NCBI GenBank assembly: GCA_030609135.1
Contig: JAUWCU010000001.1
Location: 927 to 64,926, forward strand
Direction of reading: 5' to 3'
Length of the DNA stretch: 64,000 nucleotides
Source of the DNA: Candidatus Stahliibacteriota bacterium
GTDB lineage: Bacteria > Hydrothermota > Tepidihabitantia > SM23-42
Within the stretch, counting starts at the first letter, position 1; each line of letters begins with the position of its first letter. The position numbers and the translations under genes were made by a program. Shown piece by piece: positions 9,191-19,148 of this stretch. Under the pieces are notes generated by a model. It ran no database searches, was not told the DNA's origin, and saw only the letters and a program-made list of their open reading frames with translations.

Positions 9191-9925
9191 CTACTTCCTT
9201 TCCAAATACGCTTTTGTAAATACTTTTGATGGAATTTTACTATCGAGCTCAATATCTTCTAAAATTAGTTCGGTAAAGGTGTCCTTACGGAGTTTATTGA
9301 TCATTATGATTTTTGTCGGGTAATTTTTCTTACCTATTTTCTTAAACTCAATAATATTAACCTCTTTCATAAGTTTACCACTCTTGGCATAGAGCTCGAT
9401 CTTAACAGGTATATAATTTCTTTTATCAATCCATGTCTTCCTAAAATAGTAATTTACCTCAGGCACCTTTGCAGTCAATTCTAATTTGTAGCATTCTTTA
9501 TTATTAATAGTATCAATACCAATAAATTCAATTTCGTAAAGATCCTGTAGTTTTTCATTTTCAGCAACATCATCATATGAAAAATCACTGCCCATCATAC
9601 TCTGCCTGAGCATATGACCAGCAATCTTCGTTGATTTCTCTACTGCATGTATATACATCCACATTTCATCGCCAATCTTCAAGAATCGAGTCCCCTTGTC
9701 ACGGGCAGGTGAAACAAATTCCATATAGGAATATTCCTTTCCTCTGGTGTAACCAATAAATTCCTTTTCTCTTATTTTTCCACCAAGACTGATTAATAAC
9801 CTGGCTCGGTAACTTAGTGAGCTTACTACGGTATTTTTATCTACCTGCTTAATAATCTCCAAGCCGCTCTGAGCAAAGAGCGAAGAGCATAGCGCAAAGG
9901 ATAATAATATCAATTTACTTATCAT
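9191..9925 (-). CDS. Secreted LolA-like / outer-membrane lipoprotein-sorting-like protein
   Basis: Signal peptide; size and composition typical of LolA-fold carriers; last gene of an ABC/FtsX cluster. Confidence 0.45.
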   Translation of the reverse strand: MISKLILLSFALCSSLFAQSGLEIIKQVDKNTVVSSLSYRARLLISLGGKIREKEFIGYTRGKEYSYMEFVSPARDKGTRFLKIGDEMWMYIHAVEKSTKIAGHMLRQSMMGSDFSYDDVAENEKLQDLYEIEFIGIDTINNKECYKLELTAKVPEVNYYFRKTWIDKRNYIPVKIELYAKSGKLMKEVNIIEFKKIGKKNYPTKIIMINKLRKDTFTELILEDIELDSKIPSKVFTKAYLERK

Positions 9926-9959
9926 TGTTCTCCCATTCTCCTTGTCTCTTGTTTCTTGG

Positions 9960-10100
9960 AACTTGGTTCTTGGAACTTGAAATTTGGTGCTTGTCCCGAT
10001 TTATCATTTTGGATCATAATATATAGGAAAATCGTGGATCCCACAAAGCGGGAGAGCTTGGTGCTTGGGATTTGGAATTTGGTTCTTGGAATCTTCGATC
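9960..10100. repeat. GT-rich repeats (TTGGAACTTGGTTCTTGGAACTTGAAATTTGGTGCTTG ... TTGGTGCTTGGGATTTGGAATTTGGTTCTTGGAATC); related copy at 41160-41195
   Basis: Direct visual repeats in intergenic DNA between LolA-like start and FtsX stop. Confidence 0.5.
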
Positions 10101-10107
10101 TGTGTTT

Positions 10108-11322
10108 TCATATACTCTTCAATGCCTTTGCAGGTTCTAATTTTGTTATCCTTGTTATTGGTAAGAATGCGACAAGAATTGTTGCTAATAGACCAAATAA
10201 AAATCCCGTTATTATAATCATTGGTGTTGGCGAAAAATAAATAATCGGGCCAAATGGCATATCAGCTGAAGTAGAAGACGACATCATACTCAAATCAACC
10301 CCTTGATACTTGAGCCAATAACTCAAAATACCGCCAATAACTGTTCCCAGAAAACTGCCTACAACACCGATAATACCTGCTTCAAGAGTCAGTAATCCGA
10401 CAACCGAAAGATTGCTCAAGCCCATTGCCTTCATCATACCTATTTCTTTTGTGCGCTCATAGACAACCATAATCATGGTGTTAGCAATTGTCGAACAGGC
10501 AACGATTAAAATAATGGCATAAAAAATTGAGTGAACAAAGCTAAAAGTATTGATATATTTGAGTATAGGATTATATTGAAAAGGAACAACAGAAAAATCG
10601 CCACGTGGTTTTATTTCACGGGCAACACTTACCGACTTATTAGGGTTCTTTACTATGATAACAAGTTCAGTAGCACGGCCCTCAAGATCGAGTAATTGCT
10701 GACCAACATTGAAAGGGATGTAAAACACACTTCTGTCTATTCCGCCTATACCGATTGAGAATATTCCTTTGACAAGAAGATTTATACCTGTAGGTGAGTC
10801 GTACGCTGTTCTTGTTATTATGGTTAATGTATCACCCACGCTTATATCAAGACGTTTTGCCAATTCATTGCCAATTATCACGCCATTGCTTGATGCATCA
10901 AGGTAAGAACCTTCAATTATTCTTTTGTCCAATCCTGATATATTTGTTTCCTTGTCAGGATCAATAGCATACCCCAGTGCAGGTATATTCAGTTCTTTCT
11001 CACCTAATAAAACACCAAATTTGATCCTTGGTGAAACCATTAGAATTTCTTCATGATTTAATTCGTCATATAATTCCGGTGTCAAATCTAAAGCCTCTGA
11101 TAAAGGAATCATTCGTTCGCGTCTGTCATACTCCTTTGTTGTAATTCTTATGTGCCCGGATATCAATCTAACAATATTTTCACTTATATTCTCGATTACA
11201 CCACGTATATAACTCTGGGCAAATATTATTACGGCGATGGCAATTGCTACACTAATACCCGAGATAATACTGCGTCGTGTATTACGGAAAAAATTTCTGT
11301 ATGCAAGTTTAAACAGGAACAT
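10108..11322 (-). CDS. ABC transporter permease, FtsX/MacB-like
   Basis: N-terminal TM, large periplasmic domain, C-terminal 3 TM FtsX domain. Confidence 0.8.
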   Translation of the reverse strand: MFLFKLAYRNFFRNTRRSIISGISVAIAIAVIIFAQSYIRGVIENISENIVRLISGHIRITTKEYDRRERMIPLSEALDLTPELYDELNHEEILMVSPRIKFGVLLGEKELNIPALGYAIDPDKETNISGLDKRIIEGSYLDASSNGVIIGNELAKRLDISVGDTLTIITRTAYDSPTGINLLVKGIFSIGIGGIDRSVFYIPFNVGQQLLDLEGRATELVIIVKNPNKSVSVAREIKPRGDFSVVPFQYNPILKYINTFSFVHSIFYAIILIVACSTIANTMIMVVYERTKEIGMMKAMGLSNLSVVGLLTLEAGIIGVVGSFLGTVIGGILSYWLKYQGVDLSMMSSSTSADMPFGPIIYFSPTPMIIITGFLFGLLATILVAFLPITRITKLEPAKALKSI

Positions 11323-12545
11323 TATACATGCCTCAAGGCTTCTACCGGCTCAAGCTTAGTTGCTTTTCTTACCGGCCAGAGTGTTACAATAACAGATACT
11401 ACAACACCAAAAATAAACACACCGAGAACTATCATGTAATTAATTTCTCCCTTAATAATAAACTTCACCGGGTAAACCATATCCATATTTTCCAACATAT
11501 GGCTCAGGTCTATGCCATAATATACAAGATGAAATGACGCGAGCAAACCCAGAAAACAGCCGAAAAGACTACCAAATATGCCAATAATGCCTCCTTCATA
11601 AATAAACATCTTTACAATATTATAATTACCAAATCCCATTGCCTTTAACATTCCTATTTCTGGAATACGTTCCATTACTGCCATTAGCATTGTATTTATT
11701 ATACCTACTGCAGCAATAATTACCACGACAAGTGCGATCATAAATTGCCCTGATCTTTTGAGCCCTGAGATTTCAAAAATACCTGCGTTAAGTTCTTTAT
11801 AAGTATAGACCTCAAAATTCTTACCTATTTTACTGGCAATCTCCTTTTTTAATTGTATTAATTTGTTCTCATCCCTGGTCTTAATACACAACTCTGTTAT
11901 CCCATGCATGGACAAAAGCCTCTGTGCTATATCAATATGCATAACTGCCGCATTCCGGTCTAAAAGAGGATGCCCAGTATTAATAAGGCCGGAAACCGTG
12001 AAGTCATATGCCTCATACGTACCATGACGGTCTCTTGTAATAATTGTCAAGAATGATCCAACATCTAAATCCATATCCTTTGCCAGATCTTTGCCTATTA
12101 ATATGTCATCCTGATTTTTCAAATATTCACCTTTAACTACTGTATTTGCTGTTTTAAAAACCTTACTTTCCTTTTCAATATCTATACCAATACCCAAAAC
12201 AGGAAGTTCATCAATACCATTGTTTATGCGACACTGAAATTTAACACGTGGTGTCACACCTTTTATATTTTTTATCTTCGTTATTCTCTGGAGAATGAAT
12301 TCAGGATTTTCAATAATTGTATCAAGGGGGAATAATCCTTCTTCACGATAATAACCCTTGGCAAATATTTCTAAATGACCGGTTTCATAATCAATAATAT
12401 TTCCTGCAGCAAGACTGTCGACACCGTTCATCATCGTATCCATATAAATCATCACAGCAAGGCCAACTGATATTGCAGCTGCAGTGATTAGTGTCCTTCT
12501 TCTATGCCGAAAGACATTACGCCACGCAAGATTAAGTACTCTCAT
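11322..12545 (-). CDS. ABC transporter permease, FtsX/MacB-like (paralog of previous)
   Basis: Same architecture; start overlaps ATPase stop. Confidence 0.8.
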   Translation of the reverse strand: MRVLNLAWRNVFRHRRRTLITAAAISVGLAVMIYMDTMMNGVDSLAAGNIIDYETGHLEIFAKGYYREEGLFPLDTIIENPEFILQRITKIKNIKGVTPRVKFQCRINNGIDELPVLGIGIDIEKESKVFKTANTVVKGEYLKNQDDILIGKDLAKDMDLDVGSFLTIITRDRHGTYEAYDFTVSGLINTGHPLLDRNAAVMHIDIAQRLLSMHGITELCIKTRDENKLIQLKKEIASKIGKNFEVYTYKELNAGIFEISGLKRSGQFMIALVVVIIAAVGIINTMLMAVMERIPEIGMLKAMGFGNYNIVKMFIYEGGIIGIFGSLFGCFLGLLASFHLVYYGIDLSHMLENMDMVYPVKFIIKGEINYMIVLGVFIFGVVVSVIVTLWPVRKATKLEPVEALRHV

Positions 12546-13219
12546 TTTTTCTTATCAGTCGCTATTTTACCGTCTCTCAAATAGATAATTCTCTCGGCAA
12601 ATTCCATTACAAGCTGGTCATGCGTGGAAAAAATAAATGTTGTCTTCTTCTTTTTATTAAGCTCTTTCATCAATGATAAAATCTCCTTTGCATTTACCGA
12701 ATCAAGGTTTGCTGTGGGTTCATCAGCAAGGACCATGCTTGGTTTCTTGACCAGAGCACGGGCAATGGCAACACGCTGCTGCTGACCACCACTCATCTCA
12801 TTTGACTTCCGGTTAATGAATTCTTCAAGCCCAACCTCTTCTAACATTGATATAACTCTTTCCTTTTTTTCTTCTGCTGGCATGTTTACTAAAATCAGAG
12901 GCATCTCAATATTCTCATAGGCAGTTAACACAGGAATCAGATTAAATGTTTGAAAAACAAAACCGAGTTCATTTTTTCTAAATTCTGCTTTCTCTTTTGT
13001 CGAAAGTGTAGTAATGCTTGTGCCGTCGATTAAAACATCACCTTTTGTAGGTATATCAAGACAGCCGATAATATTTAAAAGGGTTGTCTTACCTGAGCCG
13101 GATGGTCCGGCAATAGCAGTGAACTCACCATTCTCAATTTTCAAATTGATACCGCGTAGGGCAGGAAACAGAACTTTACCGACCTTATAATCCTTGTACA
13201 AATCAATCATTTCAACCAC
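12542..13219 (-). CDS. ABC transporter ATP-binding protein (LolD/MacB-type)
   Basis: Walker A GPSGSGKTT, signature LSGGQQQRVAIARAL, Walker B LADEPT. Confidence 0.9.
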   Translation of the reverse strand: MVEMIDLYKDYKVGKVLFPALRGINLKIENGEFTAIAGPSGSGKTTLLNIIGCLDIPTKGDVLIDGTSITTLSTKEKAEFRKNELGFVFQTFNLIPVLTAYENIEMPLILVNMPAEEKKERVISMLEEVGLEEFINRKSNEMSGGQQQRVAIARALVKKPSMVLADEPTANLDSVNAKEILSLMKELNKKKKTTFIFSTHDQLVMEFAERIIYLRDGKIATDKKK

Positions 13220-13272
13220 TACACCTCCTCAAGATAACTGCGTTATACTTAGATTCAGACGGATTAATAGAT

Positions 13273-13368
13273 ATCTGTTTGCATCCAATAATTCGCCAGA
13301 ATTATCTGTTTGCATCCGATTTCATCTGTTTGCATCCAATAATTCGTCAGAATTATCTATTTGCATCT
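13273..13368. repeat. Imperfect tandem direct repeats ATCTGTTTGCATCC (4 copies; two extended 31 bp units ATCTGTTTGCATCCAATAATTCGYCAGAATT) upstream of ABC ATPase gene
   Basis: Copies at 13273, 13304, 13324, 13355; iteron-like operator candidate. Confidence 0.55.
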
Positions 13369-13386
13369 CAGTGTGCCTATGGCATG

Positions 13387-14418
13387 CTAAAAGTAGACCT
13401 TCATCCATGCATATACTGCACCATCATATGGTGTAATATTCTTAAATTCACTTCTCTGTGATCCAATGAAATAATTCATGCCCACAATTATATCTGTATT
13501 TTCAAAAATCGAAAAATTCACCTGGGGCATAATAATTAGACTTCTATCATTTAGATTAATCAAATTACTAATTCTCGGCTGTACAATTGCAAAAGGATCA
13601 GGTACTATGCTGACAGTAAAATAGAGATACTGTTGTGCCAATGTTGTACGTTCTCCTGAATAGATTTTTGCAAAATCATAATTCGCTGAATCATCTTCAC
13701 CACCGCCGTCAAAAAAATACTCAGCCATTGTATAAATCATAAAAGGAAATGTGTAATCGATCCCTAAAGAAAATTTGCTATAATCAACAGTATCTTCCCA
13801 TATATAACTGTACTCACCCCAGTAACCTAATATCAATTCACCGGTAATTTCAGCACCAATTATTGTTTTTTTCTCTGATGATCGGTGCATAATATTTAAA
13901 CCGATATCATTCATTAAAAGATTTGTGCCGAAGCGTGTACCATATAACGACTGTTTCAGATTATTGTGCGGAATAATAACACCGCGTATACTTGTTAATG
14001 TTCCTAATGAAATATAACCAAGCAATGCATTTGAACCTGGCTTTTCATATCCAGGTTCAAAATAATTAACCGGGTTAAACACATCCAATGGTCTGAATAC
14101 CCTGGCTACGCCCCAGTAAAGTCTCTGTTTACCCGCGATTAATCTCAAATTTTCATGCCCTATCCATAGGGCAAGTCTTGAAATCTCTATATTATCTACA
14201 GCAAAAGAAAAAAAAGTAGTATCATATGGAACAATAAAATCAAGCGCCACTTGTGTTCCATAATCTAATCCGTCAGCTTTAAATTCAATCCAACCGCGAT
14301 TATAGCCTGTAATACCTAATGAATCATTCCGGTAAAGAAAAGGTCTTGTTTCAACATAGCCAGAAATGTCAACCTGACCAATGAGTAGAAGCATTAGAAG
14401 AACATTCAACCTAACCAC
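13387..14418 (-). CDS. Putative outer-membrane beta-barrel protein
   Basis: N-terminal signal-like hydrophobic segment, alternating aromatic/hydrophilic pattern, C-terminal ...WMKVYF ending in Phe. Confidence 0.45.
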   Translation of the reverse strand: MVRLNVLLMLLLIGQVDISGYVETRPFLYRNDSLGITGYNRGWIEFKADGLDYGTQVALDFIVPYDTTFFSFAVDNIEISRLALWIGHENLRLIAGKQRLYWGVARVFRPLDVFNPVNYFEPGYEKPGSNALLGYISLGTLTSIRGVIIPHNNLKQSLYGTRFGTNLLMNDIGLNIMHRSSEKKTIIGAEITGELILGYWGEYSYIWEDTVDYSKFSLGIDYTFPFMIYTMAEYFFDGGGEDDSANYDFAKIYSGERTTLAQQYLYFTVSIVPDPFAIVQPRISNLINLNDRSLIIMPQVNFSIFENTDIIVGMNYFIGSQRSEFKNITPYDGAVYAWMKVYF

Positions 14419-14424
14419 CCTGAA

Positions 14425-14988
14425 TCACTCAACATCTACTTGTGCCTTCTGCTTCATCAGTTTTTTCAGTAGATAACCGGTCATCACCCGATTAAGATGC
14501 TCAAAATCAGTACACCCGATTAAATCGCTGCCCTTGATATCAGTATAGTAAAGCTCATCGTTGTCAATGTTTTTCTTCTCAACCTTGACCTTGAATTCAG
14601 CATCGAATGCAGTCATGAACTGTCTTACCGGCATATCGATGATGCCCTTTTCAGAATACTGTGCGATCAGTGTATCGATTTCTCTTCGATTCTGAGACAG
14701 GTGTTCGATCTCCTTTTCTATCTCTCCTCTTGACCCTGTGGCTTTACCAAACATGTACTGTAGATTCACCGGATCCTGTATTTCCTTTAACTTATCAGCC
14801 CCTTTCTTTAAAACCCCCTCGAGTATAGCGATTGCCTTTTGGATCTTATCCTGTGCTTCAAGCAGACAAGACAGATATGCCTCGATAACCTGGAATGAAG
14901 GCATCTTTTCCAAATTATCGTAGAACAATTGACCATAGGGTTTACAAAATGGCCCCTTATCTATATCCTCAATAGAATCAAACACCAT
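14425..14988 (-). CDS. Hypothetical protein (probable start at internal Met [10 protein letters not shown]; ORF overlaps enolase 3' end if extended)
   Basis: ORF only; no recognisable motifs. Confidence 0.35.
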   Translation of the reverse strand: MVFDSIEDIDKGPFCKPYGQLFYDNLEKMPSFQVIEAYLSCLLEAQDKIQKAIAILEGVLKKGADKLKEIQDPVNLQYMFGKATGSRGEIEKEIEHLSQNRREIDTLIAQYSEKGIIDMPVRQFMTAFDAEFKVKVEKKNIDNDELYYTDIKGSDLIGCTDFEHLNRVMTGYLLKKLMKQKAQVDVE

Positions 14989-16288
14989 ATTCAATCCCCC
15001 TGCTTCCTCTAATAAAAGCTTCTTTGGCAAGGTGTATTGCAGCACCCTTTAGTTCATCCTCAATACGTAAAAGCTGATTGTATTTCTCAATACGTTCGCC
15101 GCGGCATGGCGCACCAGTCTTCAAAGCTCCAGTACCCATGGCAACGGTGAAATCCGCAATAAAAGAATCTACTGTTTCACCACTTCGGTGTGACACAACG
15201 ACACCCCATTTGACCCTCTGTGCCATCTTCACCGCAGCAATCGTTTCGGTAAGCGTACCGATTTGATTTGGCTTGATCAACACGGCATTAGCAACCTTCT
15301 CCCTGATGCCTCTCTCAAGCCGCTCAACATTGGTGACGAAAATGTCATCGCCGATTAGCTCGATCTTATCGCCCAGGGCGTCATTCAACATTTTCCAACC
15401 TTCCCAGTCATCTTCAGCAAGACCATCTTCGATCGCCACGATCGGGTATTTATTGACCAACCCCACATATTTCTTAACCATTTCTGCAGAACTAAGCTCA
15501 GTGTTTTCTATCCGTAACTTGTACTTGCCATCTTCAAAAAAGCAACTTGCTGCAACATCGAGTGCTATGCCGACGTCTTCACCGGGTCGGTAGCCAGCCT
15601 TTTCAATCGCACGGACAATGAAGTTAAGGGGTTCTTCATTTGACGCCAGTTGAGGTACAAACCCACCTTCATCAGCAACTGTAATCCTAAGCCCTTTGTC
15701 AAGCAGAATATTTTTCAGCGCGTGATATGTTTCACTGCCACACCTCACGGCTTCTTTGAAGCTTTTGCATCCATAGGGAACAATCATGTATTCCTGGAAA
15801 TCAGGTCCCTGCAATAACGTATGAACACCGCCATTGATAATGTTCATCATTGGAACCGGTATCAATACTGCATAAGGACCGCCCAGGTACTTATACAAAG
15901 GAAGACCTACTGCCGCTGCTGCAGTACGGGCAATAGCCAATGATACCCCACATAGAGCATTAGCACCCAACCTTTTCTTATTTGGCGTTCCATCAAGCTC
16001 AATCATGAGCTTGTCCAAATTAGGCTGTTCAGTTACATCACAACCAATTAACGCCGGCCCGATTATCTTGTTGATATTCTCAACAGCCTTTTGGACCCCT
16101 TTTCCACCATACCTTCGGTTATTACTGTCTCTGAGTTCAATTGCTTCATAAGTACCCGTGGATGCACCTGATGGAACAGCCGCACATCTTTTTAGTCCTG
16201 AATCCAGCTCAATATCAACTTCGACTGTCGGGTTGCCGCGCGAATCCAGTATTTCTCTACCAAAAACTGACGTTATATTTCTGTTCAT
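14978..16288 (-). CDS. eno: Enolase (phosphopyruvate hydratase), canonical
   Basis: [56 protein letters not shown]. Confidence 0.95.
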   Translation of the reverse strand: MNRNITSVFGREILDSRGNPTVEVDIELDSGLKRCAAVPSGASTGTYEAIELRDSNNRRYGGKGVQKAVENINKIIGPALIGCDVTEQPNLDKLMIELDGTPNKKRLGANALCGVSLAIARTAAAAVGLPLYKYLGGPYAVLIPVPMMNIINGGVHTLLQGPDFQEYMIVPYGCKSFKEAVRCGSETYHALKNILLDKGLRITVADEGGFVPQLASNEEPLNFIVRAIEKAGYRPGEDVGIALDVAASCFFEDGKYKLRIENTELSSAEMVKKYVGLVNKYPIVAIEDGLAEDDWEGWKMLNDALGDKIELIGDDIFVTNVERLERGIREKVANAVLIKPNQIGTLTETIAAVKMAQRVKWGVVVSHRSGETVDSFIADFTVAMGTGALKTGAPCRGERIEKYNQLLRIEDELKGAAIHLAKEAFIRGSRGIEYGV

Positions 16289-16332
16289 AGAACTATGCCT
16301 CCTTTTACCATTAATAACTACGGTGAATAAAT

Positions 16333-16360
16333 ATTTTATAGATTATTAGGTACTTGTCAA
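16333..16360 (-). promoter_or_regulatory. sigma70-type promoter for eno (TTGACA-16-TAAAAT on minus strand)
   Basis: Hexamers read on reverse complement between big upstream gene stop and eno start. Confidence 0.4.
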
Positions 16361-16366
16361 TGAAAT

Positions 16367-18991
16367 CTATTTGCGGTCGGTGTAGATCTGCATCTGTTCT
16401 CTTAGAACCTGATACAGTTTAATATCATCTTTCTTTACCTTTTCTTCAACTTTTTGCAGACCCATAATAAGGTCATCAAAAGTCAGGTTATCACAGAACA
16501 ATCGCCAGGACATATCTTTACTACCTTGCAACTGCTGCAACTTCTCTTTTGTCAACCCATCGCTTATCAAATCCAGGCCCCCGTGAGCCAATATCGCCCT
16601 GGCAACGGTCTGCTTCATCTCCTCTCTCAATAGCTGCCACAAATCCTTCCCCTGAATATGAGCGATCAAGCGGCCAACTGCCAGAGACATGGACAAGATA
16701 GCATTCATACCAAGATTACCCTTCCTTTGCATAATCTTAATGAATTCATCACTGGTAGCGTTTTGAGATACCTTGCCCCTTTTGATCGCAGTCTCTTTTT
16801 CAATAGTAAGCAGTTTCCTGTCAAGTTCAATAATACTTGTGAAATCCACAGCTTTCTTACTGATAAACTCCTTAGCAATGATATTCAGTACGTTCTTGAC
16901 AGCGTTTTTACAGCCCATACCACCATAGCGCTGGCTCATATTCCAAAGTGCAAATAGCTCTTGGTCCTTAGTCTGCGTAATATCATTGGTCGTTAATTCC
17001 TTTTTGAATTTGTATGTCTTATCACCCTGTTCGCTAAACAAATCTCTATGCTTATCAACAACTGGAGACCTTTCAATTATGCTGTCCACCAGGTGAATGG
17101 CTTCATCTAATCCTGCTGATGTGCCAAGCGGTGTGGCACCGGTGAATTTCAAGATTCTTCTATATTTCTCACTCCCTTCAATACCGAGGTGAACCTCGAC
17201 CCCGACCGTTGGAATCCCTGCATTAGTGGGCTCTTCATAAGCAATTACATCGGTGATTACCAAGGAATCAATAAATTTCTTGGTCTCGAACAATCCTTTT
17301 TTCTCGTACTTGCCCTCAATCACTTTTTCCATATCCTTCATGATTTTTGTCACGGCGCCGTATTTAAAAAGCCGCTCGGTATTGGCACCGCCGCCGGTCT
17401 TCATGCCGAGCGCGTTTGCGGCAAGGGCAATCTGTGCTTCCATATCATCATTAGGTGATTTCGACCGGTGCGACACAACAAGCTCCAATCCTTTGCCCAA
17501 AGCGACAAGCATAGCAAGTATTGTTTCTGACAAAGTGCCGATTTGATTAGCCTTGATCAATGCCGTATTTATCAGTCTATTATCAGCACACTCCTCGATC
17601 GTGGAATCTTTGGTCGTGACCAGATCATCGCCGATAATAAGAACCTTATCGCCAAGTTCTTTCATCAAAAGCCGCCATCCCTCGTAATCATCCTCAGCAA
17701 ACGCATCCTCGAGTGAAATTATTGGAATTTCCTCAACGGTTTTCTTGTATAGATCCACCAATTGATCCCTGGACATAACGATCTTTTCTTCACTGCGCCA
17801 GAAAAAATACATCCCGATACTGTCTGACTGCTTGAATTCAATTCGATAGGCATTGCTCAATTCACTGAGTGCCGGATCAAAAGCAAGAACAATATCCTTC
17901 CCTGGAACATAACCAATATCTTTGATGGTCTGGACCGCCATGCGCCACATCCTTTGCTCTGGTATGGTATCAGACGGTTCTTTACTAATATAAGGAGCCA
18001 AACCACCTTCCAAACCTGTCCCCATAACCCGTGAGCCAGTTGCCTTTTCTATTATCTGTTTGAGCCTTGTTTGTAATCTGACCGTGATCATCTGAGCCTC
18101 TTCATAGTTTTTCGCGCATAGCGGCATGAACATCATCTCCTGCATACTAATATTACTCTCTGGATACTCCTGTTCAGTATGACGACCGCCCATACCGCAG
18201 TTCCTAAACTGCCATGGCGCGCGCAGTTTTTCACCCTTCTCAAAAGTGATTTCCTGCATCCTTTTGTTCCTGAGCATCTCTTTCACAGCTTTTGCCCTTT
18301 CAATCCAGTGCTCCCCAGGAATTTCAACTCTTTTCGCATGTTGTGCAGCTAATTTCTCCCGCCGTGAATACTCCTTCAATTTACCCGGATCAGCCAACAA
18401 GAAATCAAGCAAACCGACGGCGCCGATACCAAAACATAATCTACCAATGTAAGTCATTAAATCATGATGTAATGTAAGTCCGATAATGAGCAAAATGATG
18501 GCAAGCGGGAGCATGACCAAAGCCATTTTACCGCTTATTGCAGGTCCTGCAGCTGCCACGCTCAAATTGAATGGAGCCTCCGGGTAGTAGGTTAGACCCT
18601 CCTTCTTCACCCCGGCGAATTTGCCATAGGGAATTTGCAAAAACATGCCCGTATACCACATCAATCTTCCAAAGAAATTCCTTCCGGCATTTCTCTTTGC
18701 CTCGGGTAGGATATTTTCCTTTAATGCATTTGACTTAACCGCCCTGAGATAATGACCCATTTCATGAATCGCCACGCCGGTATGAAAACTAATCAACAAA
18801 AACAGTGCTGAGATAATAGTTTCATAACTTGTAAATACAAATTTTAATACATCCGGTCCATACAGGTCCGCCGGAATATTTAATAATGAAGACATAAACG
18901 CGACATGGAATGAAACCAGAATATGGTTTGCAATTACATGCGTTGAGTGCAGACTTTGTTTGTTTTTGTTCATTATAGATCTCATATTCAA
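16367..18991 (-). CDS. Membrane protein: N-terminal HExxH (M50/site-2-protease-like) domain fused to a domain-order-permuted enolase-like module (TIM barrel first, then enolase N-terminal domain)
   Basis: HEMGHY in hydrophobic region; barrel motifs DPALSE, EDAFAEDDYEGW, IGDDLVTT, IKANQIGTLSET, SHRSKSPND, MKTGG precede N-domain-like IPTVGVEVHLG...TSAGLDEA and NLGMNAILSMSLAVGRLIA. Confidence 0.7.
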   Translation of the reverse strand: MNMRSIMNKNKQSLHSTHVIANHILVSFHVAFMSSLLNIPADLYGPDVLKFVFTSYETIISALFLLISFHTGVAIHEMGHYLRAVKSNALKENILPEAKRNAGRNFFGRLMWYTGMFLQIPYGKFAGVKKEGLTYYPEAPFNLSVAAAGPAISGKMALVMLPLAIILLIIGLTLHHDLMTYIGRLCFGIGAVGLLDFLLADPGKLKEYSRREKLAAQHAKRVEIPGEHWIERAKAVKEMLRNKRMQEITFEKGEKLRAPWQFRNCGMGGRHTEQEYPESNISMQEMMFMPLCAKNYEEAQMITVRLQTRLKQIIEKATGSRVMGTGLEGGLAPYISKEPSDTIPEQRMWRMAVQTIKDIGYVPGKDIVLAFDPALSELSNAYRIEFKQSDSIGMYFFWRSEEKIVMSRDQLVDLYKKTVEEIPIISLEDAFAEDDYEGWRLLMKELGDKVLIIGDDLVTTKDSTIEECADNRLINTALIKANQIGTLSETILAMLVALGKGLELVVSHRSKSPNDDMEAQIALAANALGMKTGGGANTERLFKYGAVTKIMKDMEKVIEGKYEKKGLFETKKFIDSLVITDVIAYEEPTNAGIPTVGVEVHLGIEGSEKYRRILKFTGATPLGTSAGLDEAIHLVDSIIERSPVVDKHRDLFSEQGDKTYKFKKELTTNDITQTKDQELFALWNMSQRYGGMGCKNAVKNVLNIIAKEFISKKAVDFTSIIELDRKLLTIEKETAIKRGKVSQNATSDEFIKIMQRKGNLGMNAILSMSLAVGRLIAHIQGKDLWQLLREEMKQTVARAILAHGGLDLISDGLTKEKLQQLQGSKDMSWRLFCDNLTFDDLIMGLQKVEEKVKKDDIKLYQVLREQMQIYTDRK

Positions 18992-19148
18992 TTTCTACCA
19001 GCCGATTATACACAATACTTCGCAGATGTCAATTACTCAAATACGTGAACCCACGCCGCTTTTCCACGATGATATTCAATGCGGTAGTGGCAGAGCTCGC
19101 TCTGACATAAGTATGATTCTGCTTATAGAACGGTATTGTATAGACTGA

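Noticed and set aside
13273-13368. CRISPR array
   Set aside because: The repeats are only 14-31 bp, irregularly spaced, with at most 4 copies and no cas genes nearby. Treated as a tandem direct-repeat regulatory candidate instead.
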